DNA of 32,000 bases from Sedimentisphaera cyanobacteriorum (GTDB lineage: Bacteria > Planctomycetota > Phycisphaerae > Sedimentisphaerales > Sedimentisphaeraceae), in assembly GCF_001997385.1 (NCBI RefSeq), contig NZ_CP019633.1:1350001-1382000 (forward strand). The letters run 5' to 3'. This document shows, one piece after another, positions 1 to 6,522 of this stretch; position 1 is the stretch's first letter; the number at the start of each line of letters is the position of its first letter. The notes under the pieces are model-generated. The model saw only the letters and a program-made list of their open reading frames with translations. It searched no databases and was not told the DNA's origin. The position numbers and the translations under genes were made by a program.

Positions 1-1
1 T

Positions 2-265
2 AGAGAAACCGGTTTTTCCTCTGCTTACATAGGTTCTGCGAATATTTCTCAAGCAGCTCTAACGGACGGCTTAGAATGGAATATTAAGATCAGCCAATAT
101 GAACAACCTTATCAATGGGATAAAATTTCGGCTACTTTCGAAACATATTGGAATGATAAAGAGTTTGAAACATACGACCAGCAAGGAGATAGTAAAAGAC
201 TTGAAAAAGCGCTCATTGAAGAGGCTTCACCTAAAACAGATAATGAATACATAATCCCTTATTTT
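2..265 (+). pseudogene. 5'-open fragment of a PLD/HKD-nuclease domain, the N-terminal module of PLD-helicase-DUF3427 type proteins, interrupted by an IS4-family element
   Basis: Frame 2 is open from the window edge. The translation ...FSSAYIGSANISQAALTDGLEWNIKISQYE... matches the GSxNxSxxAL...EWN tail of the HKD/PLD motif. The frame runs into the IS terminal repeat at 266, and its last codons (FHSHPISP, stop 287-289) are IS sequence. Confidence 0.5.
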
Positions 266-1777
266 CACAGCCATCCCATAAGTCCATAAATTTATCGTTG
301 AGGGCTTGTTTATTGTATTAAAACGCCCTTTTCTTGAAGGATTTGAATTACCCCAGTTTGCATTTTTTTTTTGCTTTTGTTCAATTGGCAGTTTTTTGCT
401 CAATACTGCCCGCTCTCTTTTCACCTCTTTATTTTCGTAAAATCTTGCTACATATTAAAACCCGGCAAATAAGCCTGCTGAGGGCTGCCAACCATACGCG
501 GTGAACCACGTGCTGTCCCACAGGGAGCCATAACGCTAAAAACATCCAGCCGGCTGAATAATACACCCCTCAGTAAAGTAAACAATCGGCTGAATGCTCC
601 TTTCCACTGACCGAGGAAACCTATATACCTTATTAAAATATAAGCCAGCATAGCCGTCCATACTTGCCATAGAATTGCTTTTTGGCTATGCCCTAGGAAA
701 TCGCTTAGCTGCAAAGTCTGTTTTATCTGCTTGAAAAACACCTCTATACCCCAGCGGCACTTATATAGGTCGCAAATACTGCTCGGCGCCCACTGCATAT
801 TGTTCGTGATAAATTTCATAAGCTTTTTCTCGCCGTTAATTTCCACATAAGCCTTAACTAAACGGAGCTTCTTCGGGTATGCCTCGCGGCTTTTCGGCAT
901 TTCAAGTTCAATTAAAGCATCGTATTGGATATTACCTTTTGGTTCTGTATTCTGTTTAACAAAACGATATTTCATATTATCTTTGGCTCTGGTAACCCAG
1001 AATAATTCTCGCCTGTCAAGATCTGCTAGATGCTTAAAATCCACGTAAGCCTTGTCAAAAACCGCTATTTCGCCGCTTTTAAGGTCCTGACAGAGCTGAT
1101 AAGCTTCTGTCGAATCATGGGTTGAGGCTTCTTTTACAATAGCAAATTGAGGCAGGAACGTCTGGAGATTCAGCTGCATATGGCACTTTGCAGCCGCTTT
1201 TCGTCTGCGATGTTTAGCCCAGTCAATACAGTTGGCTACAAGCTGGATCGTGGTTGAGTCAACCGCATATATTGCTCTCTTAAAACGCCTCGGAAGGCCG
1301 GAATACTTATGGCCTCTCCCAAAATCAAGATGTTTGTTCTGGATATGGGACAGCACCTCCCAGAAGAGAGTCTCTGCCATAAGAGGATCTCGAACCCTGT
1401 TTGCATGAGAAAGCCCATTCCTGCTTGGAGGGGTTGCACGGCGGATAGGAGTCAAAGCTCCAGAATGATTACGCAATGTGTCGGAAACGTCGTTGAGCGA
1501 GAGACTGTGAGCAATCTGGACATGAAGCATAGATACAATGTGCGACCAGCAAGAAAATGTTCGTGATTGCTTGTCAATACCGAAAGACCGAGACAATTTT
1601 GAAACAAGATGTGCAGGAATATGTTGGCATATTTGCTTAAGAATGCTATATTGATGTTTGGCGGGTGTCATGGGTTACTCCTAATTTGTTTAATTAGACT
1701 GAAAGAATTAGTGTAACTCATACCCCGCTGGTTTTAAAGAAACATCTTGTATTTTGCTCTTCTATGGGATGGCTGTG
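266..1777 (-). mobile_element. IS4-family insertion sequence, apparently complete (~1.5 kb)
   Basis: Perfect 15-bp terminal inverted repeat: CACAGCCATCCCATA at 266-280 and its reverse complement TATGGGATGGCTGTG at 1763-1777. It extends to about 22 bp with 3 mismatches. It encloses one DDE transposase gene. No flanking direct repeat was recognised. Confidence 0.8.
448..1671 (-). CDS. IS4-family DDE transposase (DUF4372-type N-terminus plus DDE_Tnp_1-like core)
   Basis: 407-aa uninterrupted ORF. The N-terminus ...ILKQICQHIPAHLVSKLSRSFGIDKQSRTFSCWSHIVSMLHVQ... and the core ...YAVDSTTIQL...AVFDKAYVDF...LYKCRWGIEVFFKQIKQ... are typical of IS4-family transposases. Confidence 0.9.
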   Translation of the reverse strand: MTPAKHQYSILKQICQHIPAHLVSKLSRSFGIDKQSRTFSCWSHIVSMLHVQIAHSLSLNDVSDTLRNHSGALTPIRRATPPSRNGLSHANRVRDPLMAETLFWEVLSHIQNKHLDFGRGHKYSGLPRRFKRAIYAVDSTTIQLVANCIDWAKHRRRKAAAKCHMQLNLQTFLPQFAIVKEASTHDSTEAYQLCQDLKSGEIAVFDKAYVDFKHLADLDRRELFWVTRAKDNMKYRFVKQNTEPKGNIQYDALIELEMPKSREAYPKKLRLVKAYVEINGEKKLMKFITNNMQWAPSSICDLYKCRWGIEVFFKQIKQTLQLSDFLGHSQKAILWQVWTAMLAYILIRYIGFLGQWKGAFSRLFTLLRGVLFSRLDVFSVMAPCGTARGSPRMVGSPQQAYLPGFNM

Positions 1778-1989
1778 TTTATAATTATAATCAGCAAGTA
1801 AGTTGGAATTGGGGAGGACCCGGTGGCTGGGGGAAAATGCCTAAATGGGCGGCTATTGCAGCAGGCCTTGCTCTATTGGCAAGCCAGGAAGATGTGCAAG
1901 ATATGGCTAAAGGTCTTTGGGAATTTATATTTGACGACGACGCTGATGAATATATGCCACAACAACCTACAATAGGGCCAGCACCATAG
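1778..1989 (+). CDS. Hypothetical. Either the 3' remnant of a gene truncated by the IS4 element or a small ORF starting at ATG 1837
   Basis: Track ORF 1747-1989 is chimeric: codons up to about 1777 are the IS4 terminal repeat. The remainder (YNYNQQVSWNWGGPGGWGKMPKWAAIAAGLALLASQEDV...DDDADEY...) has a Gly/Trp patch, one hydrophobic segment and an acidic tail. I recognised no family. Confidence 0.25.
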
Positions 1990-2016
1990 TATCATATTGA
2001 AAGGTAAAGTTCGTTT

Positions 2017-3036
2017 ATGGATATCAACGCGACAAAAGAAAAAATATTATCCCAAAAAATAGCTATAAAAAATATTTTAGCCTTACCAGCTATGACATAT
2101 AGCTATCCTGTTTCACGCTATAATTTTTGTAGAAAAAGAGCTGAAAAAGAAACAGGTATTGGGTTTTTTACGGTTCAGTATGCAAGATTGTTATCCGCAT
2201 GTTATTATGATAGAAGTTATATTGATTCTGTCATAAATTGCGGAATCGATTTCGACTCAATGGCAACACCTCAAAAGTGTGAACTTTGCTTCAATATTGG
2301 CTGGTTTTATTGTAATCTAAATTTTATAGCCGAAGGTATTGAGTATATGCAAAAAGCGGTTGATTGCTGTGAAGATGAAAAGTTTTTGAGAAACTTAAGG
2401 TTTAATCTGGCTATTTATTTAAGTGAAGTCGATAAAGGTAAGGCCTTAGATATTTTTAATGCTCTAGAAGAGTTTTTTGGTGCAAAAATATTTGCAATAA
2501 AAGTATATATCGATAGCGGAGATTTAGAAAAAGCTGGAGAACTTTTTGAGAAAAGTCGTTTTGGGCCTGGGAAAGATTTGGATACTAGTTTTTTTGAAGC
2601 AGAGTTCCATTTTGCAGGAAAAGATTTTGAGAAGGCTTCAAAAGCTTTTGATATATGTAAGTCGCATAGGTTTTGTTTTACTCCTCAATGGCAACTAACG
2701 TATGATTATAAAAAAGCTTCAACATATTATTACGCTGGCCAATTTAAAAAGGCCCATAAACAAGCAATAAAAATAAGAAACAGAAAGAATTGGGATAAAT
2801 TTTACAATCTTGATTTAATTGATACACATGATATGGTAAGAATTCCAGAAATTGATGCCGTTTTGAGTAACAACTTTGTTTATAGATGGTATTTGGATAT
2901 TGACAGGATGTTCTATTATATAAATAAGATAAGAATGATAGGTTATGGTTATATAAAAAGAAACTGGGCGTATATTTTTTTCATTTTTATTTTAATTTCG
3001 GTTTTAACTTTAAAAATTCTAAAATTACTGAAATAG
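2017..3036 (+). CDS. Hypothetical TPR-like repeat protein with a C-terminal transmembrane anchor
   Basis: 339-aa ORF with an ATG start and AAAGG upstream. It is strongly AT-rich compared with the backbone. It has repeated helical A-x-x-F/Y motifs (GDLEKAGELFEKS, GKDFEKASKAFDI, GQFKKAHKQAIKI) and the C-terminal hydrophobic stretch WAYIFFIFILISVLTLKILKLLK. Confidence 0.55.
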   Translation: MDINATKEKILSQKIAIKNILALPAMTYSYPVSRYNFCRKRAEKETGIGFFTVQYARLLSACYYDRSYIDSVINCGIDFDSMATPQKCELCFNIGWFYCNLNFIAEGIEYMQKAVDCCEDEKFLRNLRFNLAIYLSEVDKGKALDIFNALEEFFGAKIFAIKVYIDSGDLEKAGELFEKSRFGPGKDLDTSFFEAEFHFAGKDFEKASKAFDICKSHRFCFTPQWQLTYDYKKASTYYYAGQFKKAHKQAIKIRNRKNWDKFYNLDLIDTHDMVRIPEIDAVLSNNFVYRWYLDIDRMFYYINKIRMIGYGYIKRNWAYIFFIFILISVLTLKILKLLK

Positions 3037-3095
3037 CTCATGGGTAAGCTCTTTGAAAAACTCTGTGCCTCTCCCCTGTCTTTGAACAGTAATAA

Positions 3096-3920
3096 TTAGA
3101 CAAATTCCTTCAAACAGCAGTTTTTTCCTTTTGCCCCTTCAGAATTATTTTGAGGGGTGAAAGGCAAAAAACTGCGAACATACTCTACAGGAGTTTTCCC
3201 TCCCAGTGATTCGTGCCCACGCTCATAATTATATTCTATAAGCCAATCTAAAGTTAAATTACGAGCTTCTGATAAATTCTTAAAACTGTACATATCAAGT
3301 ATATCCTCTCGATAACTCCGATTGAATCGTTCAATAAAACTGTTTTGCTGAGGCTTGCCTGCTTCTATACGGCGGTGCCTGATTCTGTTTCGGCAGCAGA
3401 ACCTGCGAAATTGAAGGCTCCTAAATTCCGGCCCATTATCGCTGCGAATAAAGCGGGGGAAACCCCGATCAGAGCCTATTAATTCAAGGCTACGAATTAT
3501 GCGAAGCGAAGGTAAGCTCGTGTCGATCTCAATATCCAATGCCTCACGGTTAAACTCATCGATAACGTTGAAAGCCCTGAATGGCCGACCATTACTCAAA
3601 CTATCGCTCATAAAATCAATACTCCATATCTCATTAGCTCTCGTAGCTTCTGGCATAGGTTTACGCTCTATTTGCCTTATCAAATTCTTTTTACGGTTGT
3701 TAAGCTGAAATTCATTTTCCTTATAAACACGATAAACCTTTTTGTGATTCCAGCTATATCCCTTGCGGCGGATACTGTCGAATATCTTTGGAAATCCGCG
3801 TCGAGGACGGGAATCTATTACCAGCTCTATCTGTCTTTTTACCTCAGCATCATCGTTTCTTGAAGGAGTATAGTAAAAACTGCCCCGGCTGATGCCTGCT
3901 GCTTTACAAGATGATTGCAC
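3096..3920 (-). CDS. IS3-family transposase OrfB (DDE integrase core), expressed as an OrfAB fusion by -1 frameshifting
   Basis: rve-type core: ...WSIDFMSD...NVIDEFNREAL...IRSDNGPEF...KPQQNSFIERFNRSYREDIL. The OrfB frame stays open upstream to the A7 run (KLLKPAERKDFARQAHSKGLCVQSSCKAAGISRGSFYY), so the fusion frame is intact. Confidence 0.9.
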   Translation of the reverse strand: MQSSCKAAGISRGSFYYTPSRNDDAEVKRQIELVIDSRPRRGFPKIFDSIRRKGYSWNHKKVYRVYKENEFQLNNRKKNLIRQIERKPMPEATRANEIWSIDFMSDSLSNGRPFRAFNVIDEFNREALDIEIDTSLPSLRIIRSLELIGSDRGFPRFIRSDNGPEFRSLQFRRFCCRNRIRHRRIEAGKPQQNSFIERFNRSYREDILDMYSFKNLSEARNLTLDWLIEYNYERGHESLGGKTPVEYVRSFLPFTPQNNSEGAKGKNCCLKEFV

Positions 3921-3973
3921 GCATAAGCCCTTAGAATGTGCCTGCCTGGCAAAATCCTTTCGCTCGGCAGGCT

Positions 3974-4240
3974 TTAGAAGTTTTTTTCTATTAAATCCTT
4001 GAGAACGTTATTCTCTAATGATAAGTCCGCATACATCTTTTTGAGCTTGCCGTTCTCTCGCTCTAACTCGCGTAAACGCCTTATCTCACTGCCGCCAATA
4101 CCAGAATACTTGCTCTTCCAGTTGTAAAATGTGGCACGGGATATGCCGTATTTCCTGGTCAAATCACTGACCTCTAAACCGGCTTCTGACTCCTTGAGAA
4201 TCGAAAGTATCTGGCTTTCACTAAACCTCGATCTTCGCAT
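3974..4240 (-). CDS. IS3-family transposase OrfA (HTH)
   Basis: 88 aa. ...SQILSILKESEAGLEVSDLTRKYGISRATFYNWKSKY... followed by the leucine-zipper-like ...LRELERENGKLKKMYADLSLEN... is a typical IS3 OrfA. Confidence 0.9.
   Translation of the reverse strand: MRRSRFSESQILSILKESEAGLEVSDLTRKYGISRATFYNWKSKYSGIGGSEIRRLRELERENGKLKKMYADLSLENNVLKDLIEKNF
3981..3987 (-). promoter_or_regulatory. Programmed -1 ribosomal frameshift slippery heptamer (A AAA AAC on the minus strand)
   Basis: T7 run on the plus strand at 3981-3987, placed in the last codons of orfA (..GAA AAA AAC TTC TAA). The -1 frame continues directly into orfB. Confidence 0.75.
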
Positions 4241-4311
4241 TTTAAGTTCCTTTCTAAATATTTGAGTTGGTTTATATTATTCAGGAACCGTCTAATTTAA
4301 AGTGTTCAATT

Positions 4312-4488
4312 CTATGGGAGAGCTACAGTGGCGGTTCCTTGTCCAACTCCTTCCAAATGTGTTACTTGTGAAATATCAACTAAAAGAAATTCACCAATTG
4401 TGGACACACCTAGTCTGCACAAAGCATTCCGAGGCTTTGTTCGTAAGTTTAAAACCGAAATTGGTGATTGTAGCCCTATTTTACTCAT
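4312..4488 (-). CDS. Small helix-hairpin-helix protein resembling the RNA polymerase alpha C-terminal domain (58 aa, absent from the ORF track)
   Basis: Hand translation: MSKIGLQSPISVLNLRTKPRNALCRLGVSTIGEFLLVDISQVTHLEGVGQGTATVALP. The pattern L-x-L-R/S-x-R-x-x-N-x-L...I-x-T-I/V-G-x-L...L-x-x-I/V-x-G-x-G resembles alpha-CTD/HhH domains. It starts 14 nt after the HTH gene stop, and its own stop is 3 nt from the IS3 end. Confidence 0.3.
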   Translation of the reverse strand: MSKIGLQSPISVLNLRTKPRNALCRLGVSTIGEFLLVDISQVTHLEGVGQGTATVALP

Positions 4489-4502
4489 ACTGCATTTAAT
4501 GT

Positions 4503-4706
4503 TTAATCAGTTTCATTGTCCGTAGAGCTTTGACGCACCCATGCATCTACTTCCGACAATTTGAAACGAAGCAGATTGCCAGCCCTGTGTGCTGGAAAAT
4601 CCTGAGTCTTAATCCAGCGACGTATGGTCTCTTTATTCACCTTGAGGTGTTGGGACACGTCTTCCATATCTACCCATTTTTCTTCTGTGGCCATTTGCAT
4701 TCTCAT
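4503..4706 (-). CDS. Excisionase/MerR-superfamily helix-turn-helix DNA-binding protein (HTH_17-like)
   Basis: 67 aa. ...WVDMEDVSQHLKVNKETIRRWIKTQDFPAHRAGNLLRFKLSEVDAWV... is the classic excisionase-family HTH plus wing. The start could be any of three in-frame ATGs (4706, 4700, 4694). Confidence 0.75.
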   Translation of the reverse strand: MRMQMATEEKWVDMEDVSQHLKVNKETIRRWIKTQDFPAHRAGNLLRFKLSEVDAWVRQSSTDNETD

Positions 4707-4737
4707 TTAAAGGATTTAATGGTATATGTAGTTAAAT

Positions 4738-4766
4738 GTGGATAAATATAGCTGAAAACCTGCAGG
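4738..4766 (-). promoter_or_regulatory. Sigma70-like promoter for the HTH/excisionase gene
   Basis: On the minus strand: TTGACT (plus 4761-4766), a 17-nt spacer, then TATATT (plus 4738-4743), about 30 nt upstream of the ORF. Confidence 0.45.
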
Positions 4767-4803
4767 AAGTCAACAATTTTGCATTTTTCATTAAATTTTA
4801 TGA

Positions 4804-4832
4804 TTGACATAGTCAGTGGCGTAAAGTATAAA
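4804..4832 (+). promoter_or_regulatory. Sigma70-like promoter, divergent from the HTH gene promoter
   Basis: TTGACA (4804-4809), a 17-nt spacer, then TATAAA (4827-4832). It points into the structured region at 4873-4935 and the DUF3427 fragment. Confidence 0.45.
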
Positions 4833-4872
4833 CTAAACAGCAACGATTTAAATAAGATTTGGAGACAGACCA

Positions 4873-4935
4873 ACCCCTCTGACGGGGGTAAAAACGCACT
4901 TTTTACCCCCTAAGTGAGAAATCGGGGTTAAAAAA
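4873..4935 (+). other. Structured leader or possible ncRNA segment with mutually exclusive hairpins
   Basis: Perfect 11-bp stem GGGGGTAAAAA (4884-4894) / TTTTTACCCCC (4900-4910) with the 5-nt loop CGCAC. The same G-run can instead pair with ACCCC (4873-4877). The same TTTTTACCCC can instead pair with GGGGTTAAAAAA (4924-4935). Confidence 0.4.
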
Positions 4936-4977
4936 TTATCAATCTTTTTTATTAGCCTTTGGGGGCGGGATCCCAAC

Positions 4978-5592
4978 GAAATACACCCCAGTATCAAAGA
5001 AAATATAGAAAAGCTAAACCGAAACCCGATCTTAAAGGAGGAATTGCAAAAATTATCACTCTATTGCAGGGAAAGTGTAAAAACTGTTTCTGCAGGTCAA
5101 GAAGCAAACCCGCAACTTCCCCTTAAAATTCATTGCCAATACACTCGTGATGAAATTTTAGTAGGACTTGATTTTTGGAATTTAGAAAAGCAGCCGGCTA
5201 TGAGAGAAGGTGTTTTATATCTGCCTAATATAAATTCTGATGCCCTTTTCATTACTTTGAATAAAACCAAAAAGCATTACTCCCCCACCACAATGTATAA
5301 AGATTATGCAATTAACGAAACTTTCTTTCACTGGCAAAGCCAGTCTTCAACTTCAGAGCATTCTAAAACAGGACAAAGGTATATTAACCATAAGGCTAAT
5401 AATCATTCAATTCTGCTGTTTGTCAGAGAAGATAAAGAAAATAGCAATCAGTTAGCAAATCCTTATTATTTCTTAGGTCAGGCAGAATACATCGAACACA
5501 AAGGATCAAAGCCTATGAGTATAACATGGAAGTTAAAACACCCTATGCCAGCTCATCTTATTCGCAAAACCTCACGTCTTGTTATAAATTAA
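4978..5592 (+). pseudogene. C-terminal DUF3427-domain fragment of a PLD-helicase-DUF3427 type protein (track ORF 5044-5592)
   Basis: ...LKIHCQYTRDEILVGLDFW...REGVLYLPNINSDALFITLNKTKKHYSPTTMYKDYAINETFFHWQSQSSTSEHSKTGQRYINH...ILLFVRE...YYFLGQAEYIEHKGSKPMSITWKLKHPMP fits the DUF3427 C-terminal module. The frame is open back to 4918 with no credible start. It has the same strand and AT-rich composition as the PLD fragment at 2-265. No helicase motifs occur anywhere in the window. Confidence 0.55.
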
Positions 5593-5595
5593 AAA

Positions 5596-5618
5596 AGCCG
5601 GCGGGGAAAGTGCCGGCT
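5596..5618 (-). terminator. Rho-independent terminator between convergent genes, with the T-run on the minus strand (mrp)
   Basis: AGCCGGC (5596-5602) / GCCGGCT (5612-5618) forms a 7-bp GC-rich stem with a 9-nt loop. The plus-strand A6 run at 5591-5596 reads as a U-tract after the hairpin on the minus strand. Confidence 0.6.
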
Positions 5619-5639
5619 TAGGGGTTGTTTAATACGATT

Positions 5640-6476
5640 TTAGAATTTGATTTTTGAGAAAGAGGCTGCCAGTGCCTGAGCTGTTGGGCTTTTTTCGCCC
5701 TGGAGGACGATGGGCTTTCCCTGCTCGCCTGAGATAGCAAATTCCGGGTCCATTGGCACAGAGCCGAGGAAAGGCAGTTCGAATTCCTCTGCAACCTTCT
5801 CGCCGCCGCCGGAGAGGAACACATCCACGCGGTATCCGCATTTGGGGCAAACGTATCCAGCCATATTCTCCACAACGCCGAGAATCTTCACCTCCACCTT
5901 GCCGCAGAAGGAGATGCACCTTCTCACATCCATCACCGAAACCTGCTGGGGGGTTGTAACGATAATCGCCCCGTCGGGCTTTTCGAGCGTCTGCACTGCG
6001 GATAAGGGCTCATCGCCGGTTCCTGGCGGGGAGTCAACGATAAGGTAATCGAGGCTGCCCCAGTGCACCTGATTAACGAACTGATTTATCACGTTATGCT
6101 TTGCCGGGCCGCGCCAGATTACGGGGGTGGAATCGCTCTCAAGCAGGAATCCGATGCTCATCACCTTCAGCCCTGACGGGCCTGCTGCGGGTATTACCAT
6201 CTCGCCCACCTGATGTATATCTTCTCCTGTAACGTTCATCATCCGCGGTATGCTCGGGCCGTGGAGGTCCACATCGAGAAGCCCCACACTGCTGCCCCGG
6301 CTGCTGAGCCAGGCAGCGAGATTGGCTGCCACGCTGCTCTTGCCAACGCCGCCTTTGCCGCTCATAACGATTATCTTCTTGCCGATTTGACTGCTGCTTT
6401 GTCCGGCTTGTCCGCCGGCGTTTGCTGATGGGCAGCTCCCGCTTTGGGAACACCCTGAACACTGATTCTCTGCCAT
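5640..6476 (-). CDS. mrp: Mrp/NBP35/ApbC-family iron-sulfur cluster carrier ATPase
   Basis: Deviant Walker A VMSGKGGVGKSSVAANLA, then LLDVDLHGPS, DYLIVDSPPGTGDE and the CPKCG motif. The N-terminal Cys-rich stretch CSGCSQSGSC is also present. Confidence 0.9.
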   Translation of the reverse strand: MAENQCSGCSQSGSCPSANAGGQAGQSSSQIGKKIIVMSGKGGVGKSSVAANLAAWLSSRGSSVGLLDVDLHGPSIPRMMNVTGEDIHQVGEMVIPAAGPSGLKVMSIGFLLESDSTPVIWRGPAKHNVINQFVNQVHWGSLDYLIVDSPPGTGDEPLSAVQTLEKPDGAIIVTTPQQVSVMDVRRCISFCGKVEVKILGVVENMAGYVCPKCGYRVDVFLSGGGEKVAEEFELPFLGSVPMDPEFAISGEQGKPIVLQGEKSPTAQALAASFSKIKF

Positions 6477-6522
6477 TATTATTTCCTGAAAAATGTTTTA
6501 TCTAATGTAAGCTTTTGCCGGG

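Larger units (their letters stand above)
3083..4308 (-). mobile_element. IS3-family insertion sequence, complete (1226 bp, orfA/orfB with -1 frameshift)
   Basis: Imperfect terminal inverted repeats starting with TG: TGAACAGTAATAATTAGAC at 3083 versus the reverse complement of the right end, TGAACACTTTAAATTAGAC, ending at 4308. It contains orfA, an A7 slippery run and orfB. The orfB stop lies inside the left repeat, as is usual for IS3. Confidence 0.85.

Noticed and set aside
227-424. 65-aa minus-strand ORF at the left end of the IS4 element
   Set aside because: It spans the IS terminal repeat and the junction, has a low-complexity Lys/Asn-rich translation, and no RBS or family resemblance.
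1236-1566. ORFs 1236-1439 (-) and 1309-1566 (+) inside the IS4 transposase gene
   Set aside because: They are nested in or antisense to an intact transposase gene, with no independent support.
1672-1740. Shared GAATTA...CCCC..GTTT strings at 345-360 and 1705-1735 as candidate IS4 ends
   Set aside because: They are in direct rather than inverted orientation and are short. The true ends are given by the 15-bp perfect inverted repeat at 266-280 / 1763-1777.
3079-4312. A 3-bp target-site duplication flanking the IS3 element
   Set aside because: The flanks read CTT and ATT, sharing only TT, so no unambiguous duplication can be claimed from the sequence.
5034-5046. AAAGGAGG followed by TTG 5044, as a genuine RBS and start for a stand-alone DUF3427 protein
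   Set aside because: Only about 2 nt separate the SD-like run from TTG. The frame is open and homologous-looking upstream (..NPILKEELQKL..), so this is more likely internal coding sequence of the truncated gene.
5618-6462. Several track ORFs overlapping or antisense to mrp (5618-5875, 5629-5919, 5710-6048, 5753-5959, 6139-6462, 6213-6428), with Arg/Pro/Gly-rich translations
   Set aside because: They lie inside a confidently identified GC-rich gene. Their composition is the typical off-frame artefact, and they carry no motifs.
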